Source of the DNA: Candidatus Latescibacterota bacterium
GTDB taxonomy: Bacteria; Latescibacterota; UBA2968; GCA-2709665
DNA: 64,000 nt
Assembly (NCBI GenBank): GCA_963662665.2
Contig: CAXXJS010000032.1
Location: forward strand, 1 to 64,000
Reading direction: 5' to 3'
A program made the translations under genes and the position numbers. Below are positions 18,268 through 28,831 of this stretch, piece after piece; position 1 is the first letter of the stretch, and each line of letters begins with the position of its first letter. The notes under the pieces are model-generated. The model was not told where the DNA came from. It searched no databases and saw nothing but the letters and a program-made list of their open reading frames with translations.

Positions 18268-20295
18268 TCAGGCCGACAGCTCCCGTCTCTGCTCCGAGAT
18301 GCGGAACTTCAGCTTCTTGCTCGGCTTCAGCGACGGAATCGGACTGAAACGGAGCTTGTAATTCGCGGGCGACACCTCAATCTTGAAGTAGTGCGCCAGC
18401 ATCAGCAAGTTGGCCGCCAGGTGCAGCTCCATCCACCGGGTGCCGAGGCACTTGTGCGTGCCCAGCCCGTACGGGGCGTAACCGGGGCTGCGATGCTCAT
18501 GGCGGGGCGGCAGGTAGCGGTCGATGTCGAACTTCCAGGGGTCGGGAAAGACCTCGCTCATGTAATGCGTGGCGGTCATGGCGATGTGGATCCGTTCCCC
18601 CATAGGCAGCTCGTAGTTCTCGACCACGCACGTATTCATCACGTTCCGAATGGACATGGAGACGATCGGGTACATGCGCAGGCACTCCATGAGGAAGCGG
18701 TGCGTCACGTCGATGTTGGCTGGGGTGAAGTCTTCTCTCCCGGGATCGCCCTTGGCGAACAGGGCATCTGCTTCGTCCTGGATTCTGGCGTAGAGATCTG
18801 GCTGCGACGCCATGGCGTAGACGACGAGGCTGAACGTATCGCCGAGGTACACGCTGGCAATCAAGGCCGCGGAAAAGGCGAAGAGCAGGTTGGATTCCGG
18901 GAGGAATTGCGGGTCGCTCGCATGCAGGCTGAGATAATCGTCCACCAGGTCCCGGGGGCTGTCCGCCCGTTGGGCGGGGGTATGGATGCCCTCGACTCGC
19001 TGCATCAGTGTGTCCAGGACTTTCGCCCGGCGTCTCATGCCCGGGGTGTTCAGCGTGAATTTGGGCAGGAGCCTGGCGATGTGCACGCTGAGGGCCCGTT
19101 CCTTGTAGATCATCAGGTCGTCCATGAGGTCCTGGGTATCGATGCTGAGGAACAGTGGCGAGAGTTGGGCGTTCACCATCGCCCGGCACATGGACGTGGC
19201 GCGGTAGGAGTCCCCAACCTTCAAGCTCGCCATGTACTTGCGCCCCTGACCGTAGAGCTTGTCCAGCTGCCCTCCCAGCCTCCCTACAGAATAGGCCGGG
19301 GACAAGGACCTGCGAAGCCGGAAGTGATCGGCGCCGTCCAGGGCAGGCAGGACGCCGGACGCGCCGTAGACCTTCTCGAAGTCGCTGAAGTAGTCCCTGG
19401 CTCTCAGGTACATGCGCCCGCGCTTGTGCACCCAGCGGTTCGTGTCGAGTCCGGCCAGGAAGATCATGGGCTTCGAGAAGGGTGGGCGGACCTGGAACAC
19501 CGGACCGTACTCCTCCGCGAGGTTCCCGAAAAGCGCGTTGAGGTTGCCGTCCCGAATATGCGGGTTCAGCAGCAGCTTGGACAGGGAAACCGTCGGAATC
19601 TTTCTGGTAAGCGGAGGACGTTGGAGGGCCGGGCCGGCGAGGTTTTGAGAGACCGCAGCGGCCAGGGAGCGGCCGATCAGGTCCATCTTGCAGATGAATT
19701 CGATGCGCTCCTCGGCCTCGTCGTCGAGATGGAATATGAAACGGAAGACGTCGCAGGTATTGACGAGGCAGATGATGATGACATCTCTCGGATCGGGGAT
19801 TTCGTCGGTGAAGATGACCCTGCTGATCCGCGTTCTTATGAACTGGCCCGCAGTGCCCTCCTCCGACTTGCCGCCCAGTTCCCCGCGCCAGACGGTAGGA
19901 GCCAGTGTCCAGAATTCGCCGTCGTGATATTCCAGGACCTTGAGGTCAACCAGGCGATCCAGAACCGTATCGATGATCGACTCCGCGTGGGGGGCGAGCC
20001 GCTCGATCCAGTATTGGGCCTTCCGTTGAACAGATTCGGCCGCAATTTCCTTGAGAATGGGGTCTAGGGCAGCGTTGCCCGTCTCCGTCGGGTTCACGAG
20101 GAAGAGCGACTCCATGTCCGTGTCAATCCGCGACAGGAGGGAGAGTTCGGCAAGCACTGCCCCGACCACCGCGCAGTTCAAATGCCAGCCGGGCAACTGA
20201 TGAAAGTAGCCAGTCTCCTCGTTGAGGAGCATCAGGATGAGTTCCTCAGTCAGACTATGCGGATGGGTCGTCAAACCTTCGGTAGGATCAGCCAT
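18268..20295 (-). CDS. GPP34 (GOLPH3/Vps74-like) domain fused to cytochrome P450
   Basis: N-terminal LTEELILMLLNEETG...GAVLAELSLLSRI is GPP34-like. The P450 part has ExxR (ECLRMYP), FDIDRY and heme ligand YGLGTHKCLG. GGAGG RBS before the ATG at 20295. Confidence 0.8.
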   Translation of the reverse strand: MADPTEGLTTHPHSLTEELILMLLNEETGYFHQLPGWHLNCAVVGAVLAELSLLSRIDTDMESLFLVNPTETGNAALDPILKEIAAESVQRKAQYWIERLAPHAESIIDTVLDRLVDLKVLEYHDGEFWTLAPTVWRGELGGKSEEGTAGQFIRTRISRVIFTDEIPDPRDVIIICLVNTCDVFRFIFHLDDEAEERIEFICKMDLIGRSLAAAVSQNLAGPALQRPPLTRKIPTVSLSKLLLNPHIRDGNLNALFGNLAEEYGPVFQVRPPFSKPMIFLAGLDTNRWVHKRGRMYLRARDYFSDFEKVYGASGVLPALDGADHFRLRRSLSPAYSVGRLGGQLDKLYGQGRKYMASLKVGDSYRATSMCRAMVNAQLSPLFLSIDTQDLMDDLMIYKERALSVHIARLLPKFTLNTPGMRRRAKVLDTLMQRVEGIHTPAQRADSPRDLVDDYLSLHASDPQFLPESNLLFAFSAALIASVYLGDTFSLVVYAMASQPDLYARIQDEADALFAKGDPGREDFTPANIDVTHRFLMECLRMYPIVSMSIRNVMNTCVVENYELPMGERIHIAMTATHYMSEVFPDPWKFDIDRYLPPRHEHRSPGYAPYGLGTHKCLGTRWMELHLAANLLMLAHYFKIEVSPANYKLRFSPIPSLKPSKKLKFRISEQRRELSA

Positions 20296-20330
20296 CGGTC
20301 TTCGCCTCCCTGCAACATGCATGAAGTGCA

Positions 20331-23300
20331 TTACGTGGCGCGGGCGCCAGAACGGTCCCGCGAAGCAGTCAGATGCCGATGTGTGGTGTAGAGTGCGGGA
20401 ACGACCATCATGAGTAAGGCAGTTGTAAAGAGTATGCCGCAACCGAGCGATGCGGCGAACGGGACGAGGAACTGGGCCTGGATGGCCCGTTCGAGGATGA
20501 GGGGCGTGAAGCCGAGGAACGTAGTCACGGAAGTGAGCATGATCGGACGAAAGCGCCCCTTGGCGCCCTCGGTGATCGCGGTTCGCACCGGAGCACCTTC
20601 CTCGAGTTTCTGATCGATGAAATCGATCATCACCAGGGAATCGTTCACCACCACGCCACTCAGGCCGAAGACGCCCATGAAGGATACCGCGCTCAGGGCT
20701 ACTCCCAGGACCCAGTGGCCCAGGATCACACCGACCAGACCGAACGGAATGACGGCCATAATAATGAACGGCTTTGTATAGGATCGGAGGGGGATGGCGA
20801 GAAGAGCAAAGATCATGATCAGGGCAACCGCGAACCCGCGGTACAGCGCATCCAGGGATTCGAGCTGCTGTTGTTGCTCCCCTCCGAAACTGTATGTCAG
20901 GTCAGGGTGCGCGGCGGTCAGGTTCGAGAGGATCGATTTTGCAAGGATGTCGTTGGCTTTGTCGCCGGAAATCACCGAAGCATCGACGTCCGCCGTGACC
21001 GCGACGACCCGCTGGCCGTCCTTCCGCCGGATGGCCGGCGGCGACAGGCCCGGGCTCAGGGAGGCCACACTCATGACCGGGACCTCGGCCCCGCCCGGGG
21101 TACGGATCAGGTACCCTTCGATATCGGTAATGGAATTCCGCTCTTTCTCGGGCAAGCGCACGTAGACCCGGACCTCCTCCCGGCCGCGCTGCACCCGAAC
21201 CGCCTCGGCGCCGAAGAACGCGGCGCGCGTCTGCCCGGCCAGTTCCTCGAGTGTGAGACCGAGGGTCCGCGCTTCCGGTCGCAGCTCCAGTTGCACTTCC
21301 GGGACGCCCGGAGCGTGATCCGTACGTATGTCGTAGACACCTCCGATGCCGCGGAGTCCATCGACCACGGAGTCCGCAATAAGGGCGAGGCGCTCCGGGT
21401 CCGGATGGGACAACACGGCCTCCACCGGGTTGCCCAGATCGAAGACCTCGCCGGTGTAGGTGACACCGCGCACATGGGGAAGCACACCCACCTCCTCCCG
21501 CCATGCCTGCACGACCTCTCCGGTGGAGATCTCTCTTTGTTGGGCGCCCAGGAGTTTGAACTCGATGGTGGCGATATTGGCTTCCGGATTGAGGGTTGGC
21601 TCCGGATTTAGCCCGCCCTCGAGTCTCGATCCCTGTCCGACGGTCACCGTTACGCCGGTCAGTAGCGGTGGCGCGTCCGCAGGCCGGCCGCGCGAGAGTC
21701 GTTCGATGACCCGGAGGCCTGCGGCCTCCAACTCCTGTGCCACTTCGTGCGTCCTCTGAGCGGTAGCCCCATCGGGCATCTCCAGGACGACCGTTGCGAA
21801 ATCCCCCTCCACGTCTGCGGCCAGCGTGGTGGGAACGATTCCGGCGGACAAGAGGGAGATGCTCAGCACGAGAATTCCCACGGCCCCTGCCATCGTCACC
21901 CCGGGCTGGTCCGTCGCGAACCGCAGGGCCCGGTCGAGAGGCCCTTGCACGAACCTGTTCAACAGCGCGTCGACACGACCCTGGACCCGCGCGAAGAATC
22001 GGTCGAAGGCATTTGCCGGCGCCCACTCCGGGCCGTGCAGGTGGGACAGGTGGTTGGGCAGCACCAGCAGCGATTCGACCAGCGAAACCAGCAGCATGGC
22101 GATCATGATGATCGGCAGGGCCCGCCACACGTCACCGATGCCCCCTGGGATGAAAAGTAACGGGACGAAGGCCACGACGGACGTCAGAACAGCAAACGTC
22201 AACGGCACCTTGATCCGCCGTACGCCGCGGATCGCGGCCGTGACCCCGGGTGTTCCCCGGTTCCGTTCAGATTGAATGTGCTCGGCCACGATGATGGCAT
22301 CGTCGACGACAATTCCTATGGCGAGGACGAAGGAAAACAGGCTGATGGTGTTGATGGCCACGTCGAATGCCATCATGACTGCCAGGGCGCCGATGCCCGA
22401 AACGACGAGACCGACGGCGACCCACATCGCCAGCCGGATCTGGAGAAACAGGCTGAGGGAGACCAGCACCAGCAGAAGGCCCAACACGCCGTTCTTGAGG
22501 AGAAGATAGGCGCGCTCCTCATATACTTGGGATTCGTCATTCCATATGGTGATGTCCACGCCGTCGGGCAAAGCCGGCATCACCTCGTTCGCCACGTGCT
22601 CCCGGACGGCCGTGGCAACGTCCATCACGTGTTCGCCGTCGGCCCGGAAAACCTCCACGAATACCGCGGGATGGTTCTGATGCCTGACAATCAGGTCGGC
22701 TTCCTGAAAATCGTCGCGGACTTCGGCAATATCGCCAACGCGCAATACCGTGCCATCACTGTTGCTGAGAAGGACGATCTCTTCGAAATCATGCTGATCA
22801 TAGTTCTGGCCGATGGTGCGGATCCTCACCTGGGATTCCCGCGTATCGATGCTGCCGGCGGACAGGTCCAGGGAACTCCGACGAATCGTGTTGGCGATGT
22901 CATTGAGGGTAAGTCTGAGCGCTCTGAGGCGATGAAGCGGCACCTCGATGGAGATCTCGTAGCTCCTGACGCCGCTGACCTCCACCTGGGAGACGGAGGG
23001 AAGTGTCTTGAGCTCGTCCTCGATCTGGAATGCCAGTTCCTTCAGCGAGCGCTCCGATACATCGCCGTAGACAATGAGCCGCATCATGCTCTGACGGTTC
23101 GTCATCTCCCAGAACAGGGGACGTTCGGCGCCGCCGGGGAACGTCTGAATACGATTGACAGCGGACTCGATATCGTCCAGGGCCCGAGCCATGTCCGTAT
23201 CGAAATCCATTTGAACCCGCACTGAGGCAATACCCGGGGCCGCAACGGACTTGACCGCCTTCACGTCGTCCAGCCCGCTGACCTGGTCCTCGATCCTAAC

Positions 23301-23525
23301 GACGATCGACTCCTCCACCTCCTCCGGCGTGGCCCCGGGATAGGCCATCGAGACTTCGATATGGTAGAATGGGGTGACGTGCCAGGCTTCCCGCTCGATA
23401 CCGGTCAGCGACACCAGGCCGGCGGCGATGATGGCCCACATCAACAGGTTGGCGGCCACGCCGTTGCCGGCCATATAGGCGATCGGACCGGGCCGTTCGC
23501 CGTGGTTGTGTCCGTTCGTACTCAT
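20331..23525 (-). CDS. RND efflux permease (AcrB/AcrD/AcrF family)
   Basis: 1064 aa with YPGATPEEVE, GIVVDDAIIVAE, GVVVNDSLVMID and RFRPIMLTSVTT. Confidence 0.95.
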   Translation of the reverse strand: MSTNGHNHGERPGPIAYMAGNGVAANLLMWAIIAAGLVSLTGIEREAWHVTPFYHIEVSMAYPGATPEEVEESIVVRIEDQVSGLDDVKAVKSVAAPGIASVRVQMDFDTDMARALDDIESAVNRIQTFPGGAERPLFWEMTNRQSMMRLIVYGDVSERSLKELAFQIEDELKTLPSVSQVEVSGVRSYEISIEVPLHRLRALRLTLNDIANTIRRSSLDLSAGSIDTRESQVRIRTIGQNYDQHDFEEIVLLSNSDGTVLRVGDIAEVRDDFQEADLIVRHQNHPAVFVEVFRADGEHVMDVATAVREHVANEVMPALPDGVDITIWNDESQVYEERAYLLLKNGVLGLLLVLVSLSLFLQIRLAMWVAVGLVVSGIGALAVMMAFDVAINTISLFSFVLAIGIVVDDAIIVAEHIQSERNRGTPGVTAAIRGVRRIKVPLTFAVLTSVVAFVPLLFIPGGIGDVWRALPIIMIAMLLVSLVESLLVLPNHLSHLHGPEWAPANAFDRFFARVQGRVDALLNRFVQGPLDRALRFATDQPGVTMAGAVGILVLSISLLSAGIVPTTLAADVEGDFATVVLEMPDGATAQRTHEVAQELEAAGLRVIERLSRGRPADAPPLLTGVTVTVGQGSRLEGGLNPEPTLNPEANIATIEFKLLGAQQREISTGEVVQAWREEVGVLPHVRGVTYTGEVFDLGNPVEAVLSHPDPERLALIADSVVDGLRGIGGVYDIRTDHAPGVPEVQLELRPEARTLGLTLEELAGQTRAAFFGAEAVRVQRGREEVRVYVRLPEKERNSITDIEGYLIRTPGGAEVPVMSVASLSPGLSPPAIRRKDGQRVVAVTADVDASVISGDKANDILAKSILSNLTAAHPDLTYSFGGEQQQQLESLDALYRGFAVALIMIFALLAIPLRSYTKPFIIMAVIPFGLVGVILGHWVLGVALSAVSFMGVFGLSGVVVNDSLVMIDFIDQKLEEGAPVRTAITEGAKGRFRPIMLTSVTTFLGFTPLILERAIQAQFLVPFAASLGCGILFTTALLMMVVPALYTTHRHLTASRDRSGARAT

Positions 23526-24733
23526 GGCGACTCGCCAGTCTCGGTCCGGACGGGCATTCCGTCCGTTGCGAATTGAATCCCGCCGGTGATCACCGCCAAA
23601 CCGTGTTCCAGCGAACCCGTCACGAAGGCTTCATCGTCGACACGCTGCAGAACCCGAACCGGTACGATAGTCACAACGCCGCTTTTCACCATCCAGACCT
23701 CGTCGCCGGGTTTCAACGATGCCCGCGGCACTTTGAAAAAGCCTTCCGGCGCCAGGCCCTCGATTTCCACCCGGACAAACTTGCCCACCAATAGCGGCGG
23801 ATGACCGCCGGGACTGACGACGCCGTTCGTCGCAACGCCCGCGGAAAACGGATTTGGCACGCGCACGATGACGTCGATGGTGCGCGATTGCTCGTCCAGG
23901 GTTGCCTCGGCTCGATCCACGTAACCTTCCCATTCGTATTTCGCATCGCCGTGCCGGGCGACCACCCTGGCCGGCACTTCACGTTTACCGTCTCCCGCCT
24001 TCAGGTTCCAGAGTCCCGGGATCATGGCGGCATCGGAATCGGACAAAGGCACGACCACTTCCACCGCATCGGCGGCGAACAGCCGGCCCACCGGCCGGCC
24101 TGGGTTGACGACCTGTCCCGGATCCACAGATTCCTCACGCACCAGACCGTTAAAAGGCCCGGTGATCCGGGTTCTGGACAGGGCGAGTCTGGCGTCGGCA
24201 AGCCTGGCCTCATCGCGACTCAACGCGGCCCTCGCCGCGTTCAATTGGGGCTTTCTCAGCGTGAGAGGATGCGTATCGGAAGACGAAGCCTCGTCCCCTC
24301 TTTGCTCCGCGTAGCGTTCATATTGCGAGCGGGCAATCGATGCCTGTTCCTGCTCCTTGAGCAAAGCCACCCGGCTGGCCGCGAGATTGGCCTCCGCTTC
24401 CTGAACTCTGAACTGATAATGGACCTCTTCGATTCGGAACAGGGGCTGTCCGGCCTTTACCCGACCCCCGCTCTTGAATCCCGGATCCACCCAGACGACC
24501 CTGCCGCCCACTTGAGGGACGATATCGATCTCCGCGCTTGGCCTCACCGTACCGGACCCGAAAACCGGTATAGGCCCGGACCCGGCTGTAACCGGGCCCG
24601 TCTGCACGAACGGTATCTGGGGAGGCTGTTCGATCCGCGTCGGTTCGGGCGCCAGTGATTGCAGCAGGGCAGCCAGACCCACCGAAAACACGATTATGGC
24701 GCAGGCAATCAGAATGCTGGATTTACGGGACAT
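23522..24733 (-). CDS. RND periplasmic adaptor (membrane fusion protein)
   Basis: N-terminal TM, lipoyl-like PQVGGRVVWV, coiled hairpin and LSRTRITGPFNG. ATGA overlap with the RND gene. Confidence 0.93.
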   Translation of the reverse strand: MSRKSSILIACAIIVFSVGLAALLQSLAPEPTRIEQPPQIPFVQTGPVTAGSGPIPVFGSGTVRPSAEIDIVPQVGGRVVWVDPGFKSGGRVKAGQPLFRIEEVHYQFRVQEAEANLAASRVALLKEQEQASIARSQYERYAEQRGDEASSSDTHPLTLRKPQLNAARAALSRDEARLADARLALSRTRITGPFNGLVREESVDPGQVVNPGRPVGRLFAADAVEVVVPLSDSDAAMIPGLWNLKAGDGKREVPARVVARHGDAKYEWEGYVDRAEATLDEQSRTIDVIVRVPNPFSAGVATNGVVSPGGHPPLLVGKFVRVEIEGLAPEGFFKVPRASLKPGDEVWMVKSGVVTIVPVRVLQRVDDEAFVTGSLEHGLAVITGGIQFATDGMPVRTETGESP

Positions 24734-24739
24734 GACGAT

Positions 24740-26269
24740 CTACTCCGTTGGTGGTCGGGAGATACGTTGGGTGGGCGGTTCCTGCCCGAGGGTCTGTCGG
24801 GCGTCCGGGGTCCACGCGCCGCCCAGCGCCCGGTGCAGGGCAAGACGGGCCAGACCCAGATCGCGTTCCGCGGCTGCAAGTACGGATTCCGCGGCCAACC
24901 GTGCCTGCACCGCCGTCAGGAATACCTCATATTCGCCCACACCCGAAACATAGCGTTGCTCCTGCAATTCTGCTTCCGCTTCGGCCTCCTCCGAAAGGGA
25001 AGCCAGCAGCGAATGACGGCGGCGGCTGGCCGCCAGTCCGGCAAGGGCGGACTCAACCTCACTGACGGCTGTGACCACGGATCTCCCGTAGGCCGCGACA
25101 GCCTCTTTCATTCTGGCCTCCGCGAGAGCAACATTGCCGCGAAGACGGGAACCCTGGAAAACGGGTCCGAGCAGGTTCATGCTCAGATTCCGGAACCATT
25201 GCTCCGGGTTGAACCACTCGCTCGATTCCGTACTCTGCAGCCCGATGGATCCGTGAAGGGACAATCGCGGCGCCAGGTCCGCGCGGCGCGCGCCAACCTG
25301 GTATCGGGCTGCTTCCATGCGCTGTTGCGCCGCGACGACGTCAGGCCGCTGCGTCAGCAGATGGGTCGGTATGCCTGGCGGAACAGGTTTCCGGACCTCT
25401 TTACGTGTCAGGGAATCCGGCAGTAATTGCGCCAGGTCCCTGCGGGGATCTCCCATGAGCACGCGGAGCCGCCCCTCTGAATTCGCCAGCAGCGCTTCGA
25501 TCTGCGGCAGTTCGGCTTGCGCGTTGCGTGCATCCCGTCGTGCCCTGTGTAGCCCGCTCACATCGGTAAGCCCGCGGTCGTAACGAGATTCGGCCAGGGC
25601 CTCCCGTTGACGATAGATCTCTGCGATTTCCCCGGCCAGCCTTTGTTGATGGCGCAGGTTCACAATTTCAAGGTAGGTTCGCACGGTTTCGGACAGCACC
25701 CCCATCCGGGCGGTCCGGTAGTCCGATTCGGAAGCAAGGTGCCCGGCTCTCGCGGCGAGACCGTCGTTCCGGTTGCGCCCCCAGAAATCCAGTTCGTAGG
25801 CGAATTCCGCACCAACAGTATACGTAGTAAGGCCAAGTCGATCGGGGAGGACGATTCCGATCGGGGTACCGGATCCCGAATCCAGTCCCAGTTCGTCCAG
25901 CTGCGCACCTATACCGGCATTGGTGGGTGTATCGAATTCGTTGACGCCGGCTGTCGGCTGAAGCGACGGAAACATTGGCCCCCATGCGATTCGCGCTCGC
26001 GCCCTGGCCTGTTCCACCCGGGCAACCGCGCCGGCCAGGTCGAGGTTCGATGCCAGTACGTCATAGATTACCCGGTCGAGTACCGGGTCGGCGAACGTCG
26101 TCCACCACTCGCGCCGCTCGATTGAACCGGCAACGTCAGCCCCGACAGACGCGTCGGTCAGTTCCGCAACCGATTCGGGAACCGGGGGAGTCGTGCGCGG
26201 CGCCAGGGTGCAGGCCGAGATAAGTAGACCGGCAATCGCCGGCGTCAGTCTTTTTCGCGAGATATGCAT
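24740..26269 (-). CDS. Outer-membrane efflux lipoprotein (OprM/NodT/TolC family)
   Basis: Lipobox LISAC, WWTTFADPVL, YELDFWG, LLTQRPDV and LHRALGGAW. Confidence 0.93.
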   Translation of the reverse strand: MHISRKRLTPAIAGLLISACTLAPRTTPPVPESVAELTDASVGADVAGSIERREWWTTFADPVLDRVIYDVLASNLDLAGAVARVEQARARARIAWGPMFPSLQPTAGVNEFDTPTNAGIGAQLDELGLDSGSGTPIGIVLPDRLGLTTYTVGAEFAYELDFWGRNRNDGLAARAGHLASESDYRTARMGVLSETVRTYLEIVNLRHQQRLAGEIAEIYRQREALAESRYDRGLTDVSGLHRARRDARNAQAELPQIEALLANSEGRLRVLMGDPRRDLAQLLPDSLTRKEVRKPVPPGIPTHLLTQRPDVVAAQQRMEAARYQVGARRADLAPRLSLHGSIGLQSTESSEWFNPEQWFRNLSMNLLGPVFQGSRLRGNVALAEARMKEAVAAYGRSVVTAVSEVESALAGLAASRRRHSLLASLSEEAEAEAELQEQRYVSGVGEYEVFLTAVQARLAAESVLAAAERDLGLARLALHRALGGAWTPDARQTLGQEPPTQRISRPPTE

Positions 26270-26790
26270 ATCGCTGGACCGATGACAATCGACCTGGCGC
26301 TTCGGGCAGCGCCAATCCGACGTTGAATTCTAACCTTGATACGTAATTCTTCGGGGAAGTAAAACCGAATATATGCAAGTAGATAAAGGCGATTTGACTT
26401 CGGATTACCAGGATACACCAGGTCACTGGACGTGAACTGAAAAAACGTCCTTTATTGACGACCGTTACGCCCCGTTTCAGGGGTTTTCGTCGCGTCGCCG
26501 AGTTGCAGTTTTTTTCTAATTGAGGCTAATACCAGGAAAGATGCGTATTTGAACGGTTTCAAAGCAGCTCTTATGTCCTCTCTCCGGTTGCGCAGCCGCA
26601 ACTTTCGATACAAAATTATACGCATTTTGTCAAATTAAAAATGGGATTCCGTCCCGCGGTGACCGCCTGCCGGAGTGCGTTACGGCGAATTGCCTTCAGT
26701 CAATTAATCGTTGCGTGTCAGTGCCTTTATTCATACCTTGCCGGGCCTGTTCTTCGCGATTTCTACATTTCCGCTGGAGGGACGGACGTT

Positions 26791-28752
26791 GTGGAAGCCA
26801 AACTGATCTGGTTGTTGATCTTTGTGGGTCTTTACTGGGCCTATTGTCTCTTTTGGGGGTTCCGGGGAGCGCTGCGATCGCGTACCTCCGCGGACTATTT
26901 CGTGGCGGGGCGCAGTATTGGCATCTGGGTTTTCGTGCTTGCCGCCACGGCGACCAGTTTTTCCGGCTGGACCTTTGTGGGCCATCCGGGTCTGATTCTT
27001 GAGGCGGGCCTTCCCTATGCGTTTGCTTCCTTCTACGCGCTGACGATTCCGTTTACCGGGGTGCTTTTCCTTAGGCGGCAATGGCTCATCGGGCGGGCAT
27101 TTCAGCATATAACCCCCGGCGAGATGTATTCCCATTACTACGGTGGCGATACCATCCGGCTGCTGACCGTGCTGGTGGCCTTTCTCTTCAGCGTGCCGTA
27201 TCTGGGCGTTCAATTGCGGGCATCGGGGGCGTTGTTCAACGTACTCTCCAATGGCTTGTTGAGCGTCGAAGTGGGGATGTTCGCCCTGTCCGCCATCGTG
27301 ATGATCTACGTGGCTGCCGGCGGGCTGCGTTCCGTAGCATACGTAGACTGCGCGCAGTGTATTCTACTGGCGCTCGGGATCGTCACACTGGGTTTCGTCG
27401 CCGTCCAATTTGCCGGCGGCTGGACCGCTTTCACCGAGGGCGTAGGAAATCTGGTCCGGCAGGACCTGGCTTCCGGCAGGGGATTGACGCCGGCGGGGCA
27501 TTCACACTACGTGGCGCTGCCCGGCTCGATTCAGATTGTCTCCGAGGGGTCGAAATCGGTTGGCGGCATCTGGACCGGCATGATGTGTATGACCTACATG
27601 TTTGCACTGATGGGCATCCAGTCTTCGCCCGCGTTTTCGATGTGGGCGTTTTCCAACCGTACCAGTCAACCCTTTCGCTGGCAGCAGGTCGTGGCTTCGT
27701 CGGTAATCATCGGGATCATCCTGTTTACCTTTACCATTTTTCAGGGGCTTGGCGGCAATGTGCTGCTGGCCAACGGGGTCTTCGACGAGGTTAGCCGGCC
27801 TGAACTGGTGCCCCAGTTGATTAACCTGCTGGCAGACAACTATCCGTGGCTGGTGGGGCTGCTGGCTGTGTGTGCGCTGGGCGCCATGCAGAGTACCGGG
27901 GCGGCCTATATGTCCACGTTCAGCGGGATGGTAACCCGGGACCTCTATCGGCGCTATATTTCGCCCGATGCGTCGGACAGTTCCCAAAAGCTATACGGTC
28001 GCATTTTTGTAATTCTGGTAACGCTCGCCGCGCTGTTGGTAGCAGCCAAATCCACGCAGGCCATCGTGATGCTGGGCGGCCTGGCCGTGGCGTACGGGTT
28101 TCAGATGTATCCGGCCCTTATGGGGCTGTGTTACTTCCGCTTTTTCACGCGACGGGGCGTGGTGTGGGGGCTGGTGGCGGGACTCGCGGCCGTCACGCTG
28201 ACGGACCGCACGGTTGCGGAGGTCCTGCCTGCGATTATGGGATTTATGAAGCTGTTCCTTCCGGAGCGTATTGCATCGACGATCGGAGACGCGCCCTGGG
28301 GAGCGTACCCACTGACGATTCACAGCGCCGGCTGGGGAATTTTCTTCAATCTGCTGGTCGCCGTACTGGTTTCCTACCTGTGGCCGGAGACCGGCGCCAA
28401 CCGCGAGAAAAAGGAAATCCATCACCGCTTCGTGCAGGCGGTTTCGGGGATTTCCGAGGATCGGCGCAGGCATGTACCGCTGGCATGGCTATTTACCGTG
28501 GCCTGGTTCCTCGTGGGCTTCGGTCCCTTTGCCGTGGTGGGAAATTCGCTGTTCGGCGATCCGAACCAGCCGGCAACGTGGGGTCCGTTCGGCCTGCCTT
28601 CCTTGTGGGTCTGGCAGTTGCTGATGCTTGGTTTCGGAATTTTCGTGATGTGGTACCTGGCGTTTTACGTAGGGCTTTCCAAACCGATTCCACCCGAGAA
28701 GGTGGAGGAGGCGCGGCTGGCGCATCTGCCCGAGACGGATGGCACGATCTGA
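26791..28752 (+). CDS. Sodium:solute symporter (SSS) family protein
   Basis: DYFVAGRS, ATATSFSGWTFVGHPG, GGLRSVAYVD and many TM helices. GGAGG RBS before the GTG at 26791. Confidence 0.9.
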   Translation: MEAKLIWLLIFVGLYWAYCLFWGFRGALRSRTSADYFVAGRSIGIWVFVLAATATSFSGWTFVGHPGLILEAGLPYAFASFYALTIPFTGVLFLRRQWLIGRAFQHITPGEMYSHYYGGDTIRLLTVLVAFLFSVPYLGVQLRASGALFNVLSNGLLSVEVGMFALSAIVMIYVAAGGLRSVAYVDCAQCILLALGIVTLGFVAVQFAGGWTAFTEGVGNLVRQDLASGRGLTPAGHSHYVALPGSIQIVSEGSKSVGGIWTGMMCMTYMFALMGIQSSPAFSMWAFSNRTSQPFRWQQVVASSVIIGIILFTFTIFQGLGGNVLLANGVFDEVSRPELVPQLINLLADNYPWLVGLLAVCALGAMQSTGAAYMSTFSGMVTRDLYRRYISPDASDSSQKLYGRIFVILVTLAALLVAAKSTQAIVMLGGLAVAYGFQMYPALMGLCYFRFFTRRGVVWGLVAGLAAVTLTDRTVAEVLPAIMGFMKLFLPERIASTIGDAPWGAYPLTIHSAGWGIFFNLLVAVLVSYLWPETGANREKKEIHHRFVQAVSGISEDRRRHVPLAWLFTVAWFLVGFGPFAVVGNSLFGDPNQPATWGPFGLPSLWVWQLLMLGFGIFVMWYLAFYVGLSKPIPPEKVEEARLAHLPETDGTI

Positions 28753-28831
28753 TCGGCGTCGCGTTCATCAGGGAAAGAGCGGCCCTTGCAGACAGGGCCC
28801 GTATCCACACATGAGAGTGTGGTTCAGGATC

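Noticed and set aside
18262-20067. 601-aa plus-strand ORF
   Set aside because: Antisense shadow of the P450 fusion gene in GC-rich DNA, with no recognisable motifs. The similar ORF at 16865-17233 is just the shadow of the P450 remnant.
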